Part shown: positions 16,616 to 28,159 of the stretch, piece by piece
Numbering within the stretch: the first letter of the stretch is position 1
Layout: every line of letters starts with the position of its first letter
DNA from: Burkholderiales bacterium
GTDB lineage: Bacteria; Pseudomonadota; Gammaproteobacteria; Burkholderiales; JAEUMW01
Direction of reading: 5' to 3'
DNA length: 64,000 nt
NCBI GenBank assembly: GCA_039807745.1
Contig: JBDHRV010000001.1
Coordinates: 4,705 to 68,704 of the forward strand
The notes under the pieces: generated by a model
Databases searched by the model: none
What the model saw: the letters and a program-made list of their open reading frames with translations, nothing else
Told to the model about the DNA's origin: nothing
Position numbers and translations under genes: made by a program

Positions 16616-18301
16616 TCAGGTCTTCGAAACAGCACTGCCCTTCTGTTGCTGTTCGAGCCCGCGCGTGATGTACCACTGCTGAGCGATCGAGATGATGTTG
16701 TTCACGAGCCAATAGAGCACCAGCCCGGCGGGAAAGAAGAAGAAGAACACACTGAAGATGATCGGCATCAGCTGCATCATGCGCGCCTGGATCGGATCGG
16801 GCGGCGTCGGACTCAGGCGGCTTTGCAGGATCATGCTAAGCCCCATCAGAATCGGCAGAATGTAGTACGGATCGGGCTTCGACAGATCGTGGATCCAGAG
16901 GATGAAGGGCGCCTGGCGCAACTCGATGCTGCTCAAGAGCACCCAATAGAGGGCGATGAAGACGGGGATCTGCACCGCGATCGGCAGACATCCCCCGAGC
17001 GGGTTGATCTTCTCGGTCTTGTAGAGATCCATCATCGCCTGATGCAGGCGCTGACGGTCGTCGCCGTATTGTTCCTTCAGGCGCTGCAGCTTCGGCGCAA
17101 GCACCTTCATCTTCGCCATGGAACGATAGCTGGCGGCGGAGAGCGGGTAGAACGCGGCCTTGATCAGGATGGTCAGCAGGATGATGGCGTACCCCCAATT
17201 GCCGACCAGCTTGTAAAGCCACGCCAGGACCCAGAACAACGGATAGGCGATGACCGTGAACCAGCCATAGTCGACCGCGAGGTCGAGGCCCGGCGCCGTC
17301 GTCGCCGCTAACTGTTGCAGGCGCTCCTGGTCCTGCGGGCCGCTGTAGAGGGACATCGGCACCCTGACGCTCTGTCCTGGTTCCACGGCCGGTGCGGGCA
17401 CGATGACGCCGGCTGAATACAGATCTTCGGCGAGTCGTTTCGTGAAGAATTCGCGCGGCACCCCTGCTGCGGGCAGCCAAGCGCTGAGGAAGTAGTGCTG
17501 GATGATCGCAATCCAGCCATCGGCGGTATTGCGCGGATACGGCAGCTTGCCCTTGGCGATGTCCTCGAAGCTGACCTTCTGGAACTTGTCCTTGGCCGTG
17601 TAGACGCCGACGCCAGTGAAGGTTGGCGCCATCCGAGAATCGCCGACCGGAGCCTGACCGTCGCGGACGAACTGAAAGTACAGGTACGGCTGCACCACTG
17701 CACTGCCGGCGCCGACGATTTCGTGATCCACTTCGATCAGATAGGAGCTGCGGTGGAAGCGGTAGATCTTGGTGACTCGCACGCCGCCGCCCGCGGCGTC
17801 GAGCTTCACCTCCACCACGTCGGCACCGTCGGCGAGGCGATAGGCTTTCTCGCGCGGAACCCATGTGCTCTTGTGATTCGGCAATCCCTCTCCGATCAGA
17901 CCCGACTGCGCGAAGTAGCTCCTCCCGTTGGCTTCACCCAGCAGCTGGAATGGCTTTTTCAAGTCATCGTTGTCGCCCTGCTTGAGCAATTCGAGGCGGC
18001 GCAGATCGCCGCCGGCAGTGCTGATCTCCACCCGCATAAGATCGGTCACGACCTCGACGGCTTCGCCCGTGGCCAGAGGCTCGGCCTGCGGCGCGGCGGG
18101 AATGGGACCGCCCGACTTGATCGCCCCGCTCGGTGCCGGTACTTCGCCCGGCTTCGCTCCGCCCGCGTCCGTTGCGGCGGGCGCCGTCGTCTCCGCGCCC
18201 GGAACCGGCCGGGGCGTGGCGTGTTGCCGCTGCCAAGCGTCGTGCAGGAGGAACAACGAAACCGTGAAGACGAGGAGAAGAACGATGCGCTGCGTGTCCA
18301 T
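16616..18301 (-). CDS. yidC: membrane protein insertase YidC
   Basis: 561 aa with an N-terminal TM segment, a large periplasmic domain and a C-terminal 5-TM core (…NPLGGCLPIAVQIPVFIALYW…). Confidence 0.96.
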   Translation of the reverse strand: MDTQRIVLLLVFTVSLFLLHDAWQRQHATPRPVPGAETTAPAATDAGGAKPGEVPAPSGAIKSGGPIPAAPQAEPLATGEAVEVVTDLMRVEISTAGGDLRRLELLKQGDNDDLKKPFQLLGEANGRSYFAQSGLIGEGLPNHKSTWVPREKAYRLADGADVVEVKLDAAGGGVRVTKIYRFHRSSYLIEVDHEIVGAGSAVVQPYLYFQFVRDGQAPVGDSRMAPTFTGVGVYTAKDKFQKVSFEDIAKGKLPYPRNTADGWIAIIQHYFLSAWLPAAGVPREFFTKRLAEDLYSAGVIVPAPAVEPGQSVRVPMSLYSGPQDQERLQQLAATTAPGLDLAVDYGWFTVIAYPLFWVLAWLYKLVGNWGYAIILLTILIKAAFYPLSAASYRSMAKMKVLAPKLQRLKEQYGDDRQRLHQAMMDLYKTEKINPLGGCLPIAVQIPVFIALYWVLLSSIELRQAPFILWIHDLSKPDPYYILPILMGLSMILQSRLSPTPPDPIQARMMQLMPIIFSVFFFFFPAGLVLYWLVNNIISIAQQWYITRGLEQQQKGSAVSKT

Positions 18302-18314
18302 TGCGCTTCAGAAT

Positions 18315-18524
18315 TCAGGGAACAGGATCAAAGCCTCCGGGATGCCACGGATGGCACCGCAGGATGCGCGTGACGGCCAGCCAGCCACCGCGCAGCGCGC
18401 CATGCTTGAGCACGGCCTGCCTCGCATACTCCGAGCAGGACGGCGCGAAACGGCACGACGGAGGATAAAGCGGGCCGATGACAATTTGATAGAGCCTGAT
18501 CAAGCCGACAAGGAATCGCGACAT
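18315..18524 (-). CDS. yidD: membrane protein insertion efficiency factor YidD
   Basis: 69 aa from the ATG at 18524: [46 protein letters not shown]. The upstream part of ORF 18315..18674 overlaps rnpA and is rejected. Confidence 0.9.
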   Translation of the reverse strand: MSRFLVGLIRLYQIVIGPLYPPSCRFAPSCSEYARQAVLKHGALRGGWLAVTRILRCHPWHPGGFDPVP

Positions 18525-18859
18525 CTGGCTATCGCCGAAAGCACCTCGATCACCTCCGAATGCGCGCCGCCGCCTGTTCGGCCCTCGCGGCCGGGGCGAA
18601 ACCGGAGCACTACGTCCAGCCCGGCGAGGTTGAATTGCGCGGCTCGGAACTGTTCCCGCACCCAGCGCTTGCACTGATTGCGATCGACCGCCCGGCGCGC
18701 GGCCTTACGTCCGATTACGATGCCGAGCCGGGCGAATCCCAACTCGTTCGGTCGCGCGTATCCCTCTACCGAGGGTCGACGCACGATCGCCGGGGTGCGC
18801 AGAACGGCCCGGAATCGATCCTGGCCGGAGAGGCGTTGGGCCTTGCGCAGTCGCCCCAG
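18500..18859 (-). CDS. rnpA: RNase P protein component; start codon unresolved
   Basis: ...[17 protein letters not shown]...[30 protein letters not shown]... is RnpA-like. There is no ATG/GTG/TTG in frame between 19030 and 18784. The coordinate given uses the CTG at 18859, 15 nt after the rpmH stop (see findings). Confidence 0.8.
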   Translation of the reverse strand: MGRLRKAQRLSGQDRFRAVLRTPAIVRRPSVEGYARPNELGFARLGIVIGRKAARRAVDRNQCKRWVREQFRAAQFNLAGLDVVLRFRPGREGRTGGGAHSEVIEVLSAIARCRDSLSA

Positions 18860-18873
18860 GGTCGCGCCTCGGC

Positions 18874-19008
18874 CTAGACCGCCAGTCGATGGCGGCCCTT
18901 GGCACGACGGGCATTGATGATCGCGCGACCGCCCCGGGTGCGCATGCGCACCAGAAATCCATGGGTGCGCTGACGGCGGACTTTCGAGGGGTGGTAGGTG
19001 CGTTTCAT
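18874..19008 (-). CDS. rpmH: 50S ribosomal protein L34
   Basis: Translated by hand (below the ORF-track size cut-off): [44 protein letters not shown], stop TAG at 18876-18874. Confidence 0.96.
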   Translation of the reverse strand: MKRTYHPSKVRRQRTHGFLVRMRTRGGRAIINARRAKGRHRLAV

Positions 19009-19028
19009 TCGATCTGGCCTTATCGGTC

Positions 19029-19060
19029 AAAAAAGCTCGTCATTACAACCTCGGACGAGC
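19029..19060 (-). terminator. terminator-like hairpin plus T6 immediately upstream of rpmH (function uncertain)
   Basis: On the minus strand: GCTCGTC-(12 nt)-GACGAGC followed directly by TTTTTT. It ends 20 nt before the rpmH ATG. Confidence 0.3.
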
Positions 19061-19086
19061 ATGCCTGTCAATCCCTGCGCCCGCTC

Positions 19087-19095
19087 TGTGGATAA
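19087..19095 (-). promoter_or_regulatory. DnaA box, perfect TTATCCACA
   Basis: The plus strand reads tgtggataa. It lies 74 nt upstream of the dnaA start, in the rpmH|dnaA spacer. Confidence 0.75.
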
Positions 19096-19117
19096 CTTGC
19101 TCGCGAAAAGGTAAAAT
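19089..19117 (+). promoter_or_regulatory. candidate dnaA promoter overlapping the DnaA box
   Basis: -10-like TAAAAT at 19112-19117, with TGGATA 17 bp upstream at 19089-19094. Hexamer reading only. Confidence 0.3.
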
Positions 19118-19168
19118 CCGCCCTTCGTCACACCCGCGTGCCCTTGCTGAATAAGTTAAAAAGTTTAA

Positions 19169-20506
19169 ATGATTCAAACAGATAACTTCTGGCAAGCGTG
19201 TCTCGCCCGCTTTGAGGCAGAACTTTCCCCACAGCAGTTCAAGACCTGGATCAAGCCCTTGCGCCTGACCCCAAACGGCGAAGGGTTCGTGCTCTGGGTG
19301 CCGAACCGCTTCGTCCTGCAATGGGTACGCGACCGGTTTCTGAACGCGATCCTGAGCCATGCTGCGCAATACTTTGGCCGTCCCATGGCCATCGATATCG
19401 CACTTTCGCCCGCGCCCGCTGCCGAGCGCGAAGCGCCGTCGCTGCCGGCGCAGAGCGAACGCACCCAGTCACCGGCCGGGCGTGAGCAATCCCGGCTCAA
19501 CCCGCTCTTCTGCTTCGACACCTTCGTCACGGGAAAAGCCAACCAGCTCGCGCGCGCGGCCGCCATCCAGGTGGCCGAACGACCGGGAGCCGCCTATAAC
19601 CCGCTGTTTGTCTATGGCGGCGTCGGACTCGGCAAGACACACCTGATCCAGGCGATCGGCAATCTCCTGAGCGAACGCAACGCCGCAGCCAAGGTTCGCT
19701 ACATCCACGCCGAACAGTATGTCTCGGATGTCGTTCGCGCGTACCAGCACAAGGCCTTCGACGATTTCAAGCGCTACTACCACTCGCTCGACCTGCTGCT
19801 CGTCGACGACATCCAGTTCTTCGGTGGCAAGAGCCGCACGCAGGAGGAGTTCTTCTACGCTTTCAACGCTCTCATCGAATCGCACAAGCAGGTCATCATC
19901 ACCTGCGACAGCTATCCGAAGGAAATCAATGGGATAGAGGATCGTCTGATCTCCCGTTTCGGCTGGGGTCTCACCGTGGCCGTCGAGCCACCGGAGCTCG
20001 AGATGCGGGTCGCGATCCTGCTGAAGAAGGCCGAGGCAGAAGCCGCGAAGCTCGACGAGACGGTCGCATTCTTCATCGCGAAGCACATCCAGTCGAACGT
20101 TCGCGAGCTCGAGGGGGCGCTGAAGCGGGTTCTCGCCTATTCCCGCTTCTCCGGACTACCGCTGACCGTGGATCTAACCCGCGAAGCGCTGAAGGATCTG
20201 CTTGCGGTCCAGAGTCGCCAGATCTCGATCGACAACATACAGAAGACCGTGGCCGACTACTACAAGATCAAGGTCTCGGAGATGTATTCGAAGAAGCGCT
20301 CACGCACCGTGGCACGGCCCCGTCAGATGGCGATGGCGCTCGCCAAGGAGCTCACGCAATTGAGCCTGCCCGACATCGGGGAGGCATTCGGTGGCCGCGA
20401 TCACACGACGGTACTGCACGCGTGCAGGAAGATCGCCGAGTTACGATCCAGCAACAACGACATCACCAGGGATTTTGCGGCGCTGCTGCAGGTTCTGCGC
20501 AGCTAG
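19169..20506 (+). CDS. dnaA: chromosomal replication initiator DnaA
   Basis: 445 aa, AAA+ Walker [12 protein letters not shown]-terminal DNA-binding domain (…[15 protein letters not shown]…). Confidence 0.98.
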   Translation: MIQTDNFWQACLARFEAELSPQQFKTWIKPLRLTPNGEGFVLWVPNRFVLQWVRDRFLNAILSHAAQYFGRPMAIDIALSPAPAAEREAPSLPAQSERTQSPAGREQSRLNPLFCFDTFVTGKANQLARAAAIQVAERPGAAYNPLFVYGGVGLGKTHLIQAIGNLLSERNAAAKVRYIHAEQYVSDVVRAYQHKAFDDFKRYYHSLDLLLVDDIQFFGGKSRTQEEFFYAFNALIESHKQVIITCDSYPKEINGIEDRLISRFGWGLTVAVEPPELEMRVAILLKKAEAEAAKLDETVAFFIAKHIQSNVRELEGALKRVLAYSRFSGLPLTVDLTREALKDLLAVQSRQISIDNIQKTVADYYKIKVSEMYSKKRSRTVARPRQMAMALAKELTQLSLPDIGEAFGGRDHTTVLHACRKIAELRSSNNDITRDFAALLQVLRS

Positions 20507-20512
20507 AAAACA

Positions 20513-20532
20513 TGTACATGAGGTGTACATGA
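20513..20532 (+). repeat. direct repeat TGTACATGA x2 (11-bp period), function unknown
   Basis: tgtacatga at 20513-20521 and again at 20524-20532, directly after the dnaA stop. Confidence 0.6.
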
Positions 20533-20534
20533 AC

Positions 20535-20543
20535 TGTGAGTAA
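20535..20543 (-). promoter_or_regulatory. DnaA-box-like 9-mer
   Basis: tgtgagtaa versus TGTGNATAA (reverse of TTATNCACA). One mismatch to the relaxed consensus, two to the strict one. Confidence 0.3.
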
Positions 20544-20581
20544 GTGGGGTCCACACTCTGGCCCCGCAGTTTGCTCACAAT

Positions 20582-20590
20582 TCATCCACA
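20582..20590 (+). promoter_or_regulatory. DnaA-box-like 9-mer
   Basis: tcatccaca versus TTATCCACA, one mismatch. A weaker neighbour ttgctcaca lies at 20571-20579. Confidence 0.4.
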
Positions 20591-20680
20591 GCAGTCGGAC
20601 GGCCTTATACGGGAGGTTGGGTGCAGTGCAAGCTCTTCACTCGATTGCGATTGTTCCGGTTGTGCGCGAATACGCCACTG

Positions 20681-20710
20681 CTTATTAACTTCTACTAAAG
20701 AAATAAACGA
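20681..20710 (+). other. AT-rich tract abutting the dnaN start
   Basis: cttattaacttctactaaagaaataaacga has 7 G/C in 30 nt, in an otherwise GC-rich window. Confidence 0.5.
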
Positions 20711-21817
20711 ATGAAGCTGATCCAGACACCGCGCGACGCACTATTGAAACCTCTGCAGGCGGTCACCGGGATCGTCGAGCGCAAACACACCCTGCCTATC
20801 CTTTCGAACGTCCTGCTCGAGCGCAAGCCGGGCGTCCTCAACCTGACCGCGACGGATCTCGAGATTCAGGTGATGACATCCAGTGCTTGTTCCGTCGACG
20901 GCGAGGACATCGCGATCACCGTATCGGCGCGCAAGCTCCAGGACATCCTTCGCTCACTCCCGGATCCGGTCCAGGTGAGTCTCGAGCTCGCGGACAACAG
21001 ACTGCACGTCAAGGCCGAGCGCAGCCGCTTCAATCTGCAGACGCTGCCGGCGCAGGATTTTCCCCGCATCGCGGAGGGTGCCGAGATCGGCGCGAGCTTC
21101 ACGCTGCAGCAAGGCGCGTTGCGTCATCTGCTCGCGCTGGTCCAGTACGCCATGGCGCAACAGGACATTCGGTACTACCTGAACGGGCTTCTCATGATCG
21201 TAGAAGGCGGTGCGGTCACCGTGGTGGCAACCGACGGCCATCGCCTGGCACTCGCCACCCTGTCCACTGCAGAGAGCACCGCGCGTGAGGAGGTCATCGT
21301 GCCGCGCAAGGCCGTGGTCGAGTTGATCAAGCTCTTGGCCGAGAGCGAGGAACCGGTGCGGATCGACGTGCTCGGCACCCAGGTACGGTTCAGTTTCGGC
21401 ACGACTCTACTCGTCACCAAGGTCGTGGATGGTAAGTTTCCCGACTACAAGCGGGTAATCCCCGGCGGCTACCAGAAGCAATTCCAGATCGACCGCCAAG
21501 TGTTGCTGCAAGCGTTGCAGCGGGCCGCGATCCTGTCCAACGAGAAGTTCCGCGGCGTGCGCTGGATCCTGTCCCCCGGGACGCTGTGCGTTGCCTGCAC
21601 CAACACCGAACAGGAGGAGGCGCAGGAGGAGCTCGAGATCGACTACCAGGGCGAGACGCTCGACATCGGTTTCAATGTCACCTACCTGACCGATGTGCTG
21701 TCGAATCTCGATGCGCCGACCGTGGCATGCGCGCTGGGCGATGCCAACTCGAGCGCCGTGCTGACCGTTCCAGGCAGCGAGGGTTTTCTCTACGTCGTCA
21801 TGCCGATGCGCATCTGA
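20711..21817 (+). CDS. dnaN: DNA polymerase III beta sliding clamp
   Basis: 368 aa, MKLIQTPRDALLKPLQAVTGIVERKHTLPILSNVLLE, ends ...YVVMPMRI. Confidence 0.97.
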   Translation: MKLIQTPRDALLKPLQAVTGIVERKHTLPILSNVLLERKPGVLNLTATDLEIQVMTSSACSVDGEDIAITVSARKLQDILRSLPDPVQVSLELADNRLHVKAERSRFNLQTLPAQDFPRIAEGAEIGASFTLQQGALRHLLALVQYAMAQQDIRYYLNGLLMIVEGGAVTVVATDGHRLALATLSTAESTAREEVIVPRKAVVELIKLLAESEEPVRIDVLGTQVRFSFGTTLLVTKVVDGKFPDYKRVIPGGYQKQFQIDRQVLLQALQRAAILSNEKFRGVRWILSPGTLCVACTNTEQEEAQEELEIDYQGETLDIGFNVTYLTDVLSNLDAPTVACALGDANSSAVLTVPGSEGFLYVVMPMRI

Positions 21818-24253
<2,436 letters not shown>

Positions 24254-24277
24254 CCGCTGCCCATCGCGGACGAGAGC

Positions 24278-26875
24278 TCAGCTGCCGTCCGCCTTGCCGC
24301 CCCGCGCCTTCGCCGGACCGACGCTCTTGCGCGCCGTGTCCTTCTTTTCTGGCTTCGGCGCCCGCGGGGCGAACTCGAAGCCGATCTTGCCCTGCGCCTG
24401 AGCCACCAGATACGCCTTGAACTTGCGGCCGTTGCGTTTGCTGACGAAGTTGGTGAGAAGGTCGGTTCGGCCCTCGTTCAGCAGTTTCGTCATCTGCTCG
24501 CGCGAGATCTCCTGTTGCAGGATGATCTTCCCGGATCGGAAGTCGCAGCGCTTGCGCGGCGTATTCGCGCACAGATAGCTCAAGTTGTGCTCGTAGACCT
24601 CGGCACCACACTTCGGGCATGCACCTAGCGGTTCCTGCCCCGTGAAGTCGATCTCGTCCGGCTCGTCGTCGTCCTGGCGACTCTGGCCGAAATCGAACTC
24701 GAGCTTGTGGTTTTCCCCCTCCTCGTCGCGGACAATGCGCAGGATCGCTGCGAAGGGCCGACCCAGCTTGGAGCGGAAGCCCTGCAGCGGTCCCAGCTCG
24801 CGCCTGGCCAGCAGCGTTTCCACTTCCTCGACCTCGAACTGGCGCCCGCCCGGGGTCTTGGTGATGGAAAAACCGCATCGATCGCACGCGAAGCGGCGGT
24901 AGTTCTCGCGCACGACGCCTCCACAGGTCGGGCAGGCGGTGCGTAAAGTGGCGTAGTCACCCGGGACCGTGTCGCTGTCGTACTCCTTGGCGCGCTTCAC
25001 GATCTCTTCGGTCATGCGTGCGATCTCGGCCATGAAGGCCTCGCGCTTGAGCCGCCCCCGTTCCATCTGGGCCAGCTTGTACTCCCATTCCCCGGTCAGT
25101 TCCGGCTGCGTGAGCTCGCTCACGCCGAGGCCGTGCAGCAGCGTCATAAGCTGAAACGCCTTCGCGGTCGGAACGAGCTCACGACCTTCACGCAGCAGAT
25201 ACTTCTCGCCGATCAGCCCCTCTATGATCTGTGCCCGCGTCGCCGGTGTGCCGAGCCCTTTCTGCGCCATCGCCTCGCGCAGCTCGTCGTCGTCGACGAG
25301 CTTGCCTGCACCCTCCATGGCAGTCAGCAGGGTTCCTTCGTTGTAGCGCGGGGGAGGTTTCGTTTGCAGCGCGACGGCCTCCACCACCTCGGCGCGTGGC
25401 TGCTCGTCGCGGGCGACGGCGACGAGATTCGCGTCTTCGTCGGCCGCTTCCTTGCCGTAGACCGCAAGCCAGCCTGGGTTCACCAGAACCTTCCCTTCGG
25501 TGCGGAAGCAGTGCGCTTCCACACGCGTGACGCGGGTGGTGATGAGATACTCCGCGGCCGGAAAGAACACCGCCAGGAAGCGCTTCGCGACGAGATCATA
25601 GATGCGCTGCTGCACTTCGTTCAGACCCTTGGCGGGCAGCGGTGTCGGGATGATCGCAAAATGGTCGCTGATTTTCGCGTTGTCGAAGACGCGCCGGTTC
25701 GGACGCACCCACTTCTCTCCGAGAACCTGCGCGGCGAACCTCGCATATGCATCGACCTGACCCATGGCCGCCAGGGTGCTCGTGACCGTCCCGAGGTAGT
25801 CGTCCGGGAGGTGCCGGGAATCGGTGCGCGGGTAGGTCAGCACCTTGTACTTCTCGTACAGCTCCTGGGCGATCGACAAGGTCGTCTTCGCGGAAAAGCC
25901 GAACCGACCGTTCGCTTCCCGCTGCAGCGACGTGAGGTCGAACAGCAAGGGAGAGAGCTGGGTGCTCGGCCTGGCCTCGTCGGTGACGGTGCCGGTCTTG
26001 CCGCGGCACGCGGCAACGACCGCAAGCGCCTCCGCCTCGTGCCAGATCCGGGTGTCCTTACGCTCCGGATCGTCCTCGTCGCGCTTGAACTTGGGATCGA
26101 ACCACTTGCCGTCGTACGTGCCGGCCTGCACGGCGAAGCTCGCCCGCACCTCCCAGTAATCGCGCGGCACGAAACCCTTGATGGACTTCTCGCGGTCGAC
26201 GACGATCGCGAGCGTCGGCGTCTGCACGCGGCCCACGGTGGTCAAGTAGAAGCCGCCGCCCTTCGAGTTGAACGCGGTCATCGCCCGTGTGCCGTTGATG
26301 CCGACGATCCAATCCGCCTCCGAGCGGCTGCGCGCAGCGCTCGCCAGCGGCTGCATAGCCTCGTCGTCGCGCAGCTTGGCGAACCCCTCGCGGATGGCGG
26401 CCGGGGTCATGGACTGCAGCCACAGCCGGCGGATCGGCTGCGACGCGCGCGCCGCCTGCACGATGTAGCGAAAGATGAGCTCGCCCTCGCGTCCGGCGTC
26501 GCAGGCATTGATGAGCTCGATCACGTCCTTGCGCCGAATGAGCTGCTTTAGCAGCCGGAGACGGTCGGCGCTCTTCGCGATCGGATGCAGGTCGAACTCC
26601 GGCGGAATCACCGGCAGATGCGCGAAGCTCCACTTGCCGCGCTTCACGTCGTACTTCTCGGGAGCCGCGATCTCCAGGAGGTGGCCTACCGCCGACGACA
26701 GCAGGTACCGATCCGACTCGAAGTAGCCGTCGTGCTTGGCGAAACCGCCCAGCGCCTTCGCGATGTCGTTGGCGACGGAGGGCTTCTCCGCGATGATCAG
26801 CCGCTTGCCGGCCGCGGACTCACTGGCCTGCAGTTCGACGGATTTGCGCGGGCTGCGGCGTGGTGAGGAAGCCAT
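24278..26875 (-). CDS. topB: DNA topoisomerase III (type IA) with C-terminal zinc-ribbon extension
   Basis: IIAEKPSVANDIA, GHLLE, RLWLQSMT and SRSEADWIVGINGTRAMT resemble TopB rather than TopA. C-terminal CPTCGG...CDRCG and CPKCGA...C..RKRCDF zinc-ribbon motifs, then a Lys/Arg-rich tail. Confidence 0.9.
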   Translation of the reverse strand: MASSPRRSPRKSVELQASESAAGKRLIIAEKPSVANDIAKALGGFAKHDGYFESDRYLLSSAVGHLLEIAAPEKYDVKRGKWSFAHLPVIPPEFDLHPIAKSADRLRLLKQLIRRKDVIELINACDAGREGELIFRYIVQAARASQPIRRLWLQSMTPAAIREGFAKLRDDEAMQPLASAARSRSEADWIVGINGTRAMTAFNSKGGGFYLTTVGRVQTPTLAIVVDREKSIKGFVPRDYWEVRASFAVQAGTYDGKWFDPKFKRDEDDPERKDTRIWHEAEALAVVAACRGKTGTVTDEARPSTQLSPLLFDLTSLQREANGRFGFSAKTTLSIAQELYEKYKVLTYPRTDSRHLPDDYLGTVTSTLAAMGQVDAYARFAAQVLGEKWVRPNRRVFDNAKISDHFAIIPTPLPAKGLNEVQQRIYDLVAKRFLAVFFPAAEYLITTRVTRVEAHCFRTEGKVLVNPGWLAVYGKEAADEDANLVAVARDEQPRAEVVEAVALQTKPPPRYNEGTLLTAMEGAGKLVDDDELREAMAQKGLGTPATRAQIIEGLIGEKYLLREGRELVPTAKAFQLMTLLHGLGVSELTQPELTGEWEYKLAQMERGRLKREAFMAEIARMTEEIVKRAKEYDSDTVPGDYATLRTACPTCGGVVRENYRRFACDRCGFSITKTPGGRQFEVEEVETLLARRELGPLQGFRSKLGRPFAAILRIVRDEEGENHKLEFDFGQSRQDDDEPDEIDFTGQEPLGACPKCGAEVYEHNLSYLCANTPRKRCDFRSGKIILQQEISREQMTKLLNEGRTDLLTNFVSKRNGRKFKAYLVAQAQGKIGFEFAPRAPKPEKKDTARKSVGPAKARGGKADGS

Positions 26876-26996
26876 AGGAGAGGGGGACGGGGATGCGGCC
26901 GGCCGGGAACGGCTGGGAATGATAAGCGCACGAATTCAGGCGGCGCAAGGCCGGCTCGGGCGGTCGGGGGGGGGCGAATGGCTGCGGTGGGCCGTT

Positions 26997-28109
26997 TCAG
27001 GCACGGCGCTGATACAGACCGCCCGGCAGTGCCGCCACCCGCCCGGCGAGCTCCAGTGCGAGCAATCCCGCGGTGACCGCTTCCGGCGGCAGACCGCTGC
27101 GGCTGCAGAGGGCATCGACGCCGACGGGGTCGTAGCCAACGTGGCGAAGCAGCAGCGCGACCTCGGGGTCATCGCCGGCGTCACCGGCGTCTTCCCCGGG
27201 GGCGGGCGCTCGCGGCGAGGCTCCGACCCCCAGTTCCTCCAGAATGTCGGCTGCGTTTTCAACGAGCTTTGCGCCCTGCTTGATGAGCGCGTGACACCCC
27301 TTCGTGAGAGGCGAGTGAATCGAGCCGGGAATGGCGAACACCTCACGGCCCTGCTCGAGGGCGCACCGCGCAGTGATCAGCGAGCCGCTCTGCACGGCCG
27401 CTTCGACCACGAGGCAGCCACGCGCCAAGCCGCTGATGATGCGGTTGCGCCGCGGAAAGTTGCCGGGGAGTGCGCGGGTGCCGAGCGCGAACTCGGTGAC
27501 GAGCGCGCCTTTTTCCAGAATGGCCGCGGCGAGATCGCGATGGCGCGCCGGATAGATGCGGTCGGGACCGGTACCGACGACGGCGACGGTGCCGGCCTGA
27601 CCGGCCAGTGCGCCGCGATGCGCAGCGGCGTCGATACCCTCGGCAAGGCCGCTCACGATCGTGATGCCGACGTCGCTGAGCGCGCGGGAGAAGGCCTGTG
27701 CGTTGTCGAGTCCCTGGGCGGTCGGCGTACGGCTGCCGACAACGGCGAGGGCGAAAGCACCGAGCGCGTCACGCTGTCCGGCAACGAAAAGGACCGCAGG
27801 CGGATCGGCAATCTCCAGCAGCAGCCGCGGATAGTCGGGGTCGGCCAGGGTGACGAGGTGATGCGCATCGTGGCTGAGCCAGGCGATCGTCGCGTCGACC
27901 GCCTCCCGCGGCGGTTCGGCCGCCAGACGGGCTGCCTGGCGCGCGGGGATCACCCGCTCCAGCTCACTGCGATCCTTGCTCAGTACCGCGTCGGGCGTAC
28001 CGAAGGCGCTGAGCAGCTTGCGCAGCGTCCGGGGGCCGATCTCGGGCACGAGACTCAAGGCGAGCCACGGTTCCAGGTCGGGGCTGTAGGGCATGAACGC
28101 GGTGTGCAA
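26997..28109 (-). CDS. dprA: DNA-processing protein DprA (Smf)
   Basis: 370 aa with a Rossmann-like core: …SGLAEGIDAAAHRGAL…PRRNRIISGLARGCLVVEAAVQSGSLITARCALEQGREVFAIPG…. Confidence 0.94.
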   Translation of the reverse strand: MHTAFMPYSPDLEPWLALSLVPEIGPRTLRKLLSAFGTPDAVLSKDRSELERVIPARQAARLAAEPPREAVDATIAWLSHDAHHLVTLADPDYPRLLLEIADPPAVLFVAGQRDALGAFALAVVGSRTPTAQGLDNAQAFSRALSDVGITIVSGLAEGIDAAAHRGALAGQAGTVAVVGTGPDRIYPARHRDLAAAILEKGALVTEFALGTRALPGNFPRRNRIISGLARGCLVVEAAVQSGSLITARCALEQGREVFAIPGSIHSPLTKGCHALIKQGAKLVENAADILEELGVGASPRAPAPGEDAGDAGDDPEVALLLRHVGYDPVGVDALCSRSGLPPEAVTAGLLALELAGRVAALPGGLYQRRA

Positions 28110-28159
28110 AACGCGAGCGGCCGGGATGTCCGGCCGCTCGCTGGGATTGCGGCAGTATG

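Noticed and set aside
26876-26996. Expected a small smg-like gene between dprA and the topoisomerase gene
   Set aside because: The gap is only 121 bp with no ORF, so dprA is followed directly by topB. I am not certain enough of the arrangement in relatives to call this unusual.
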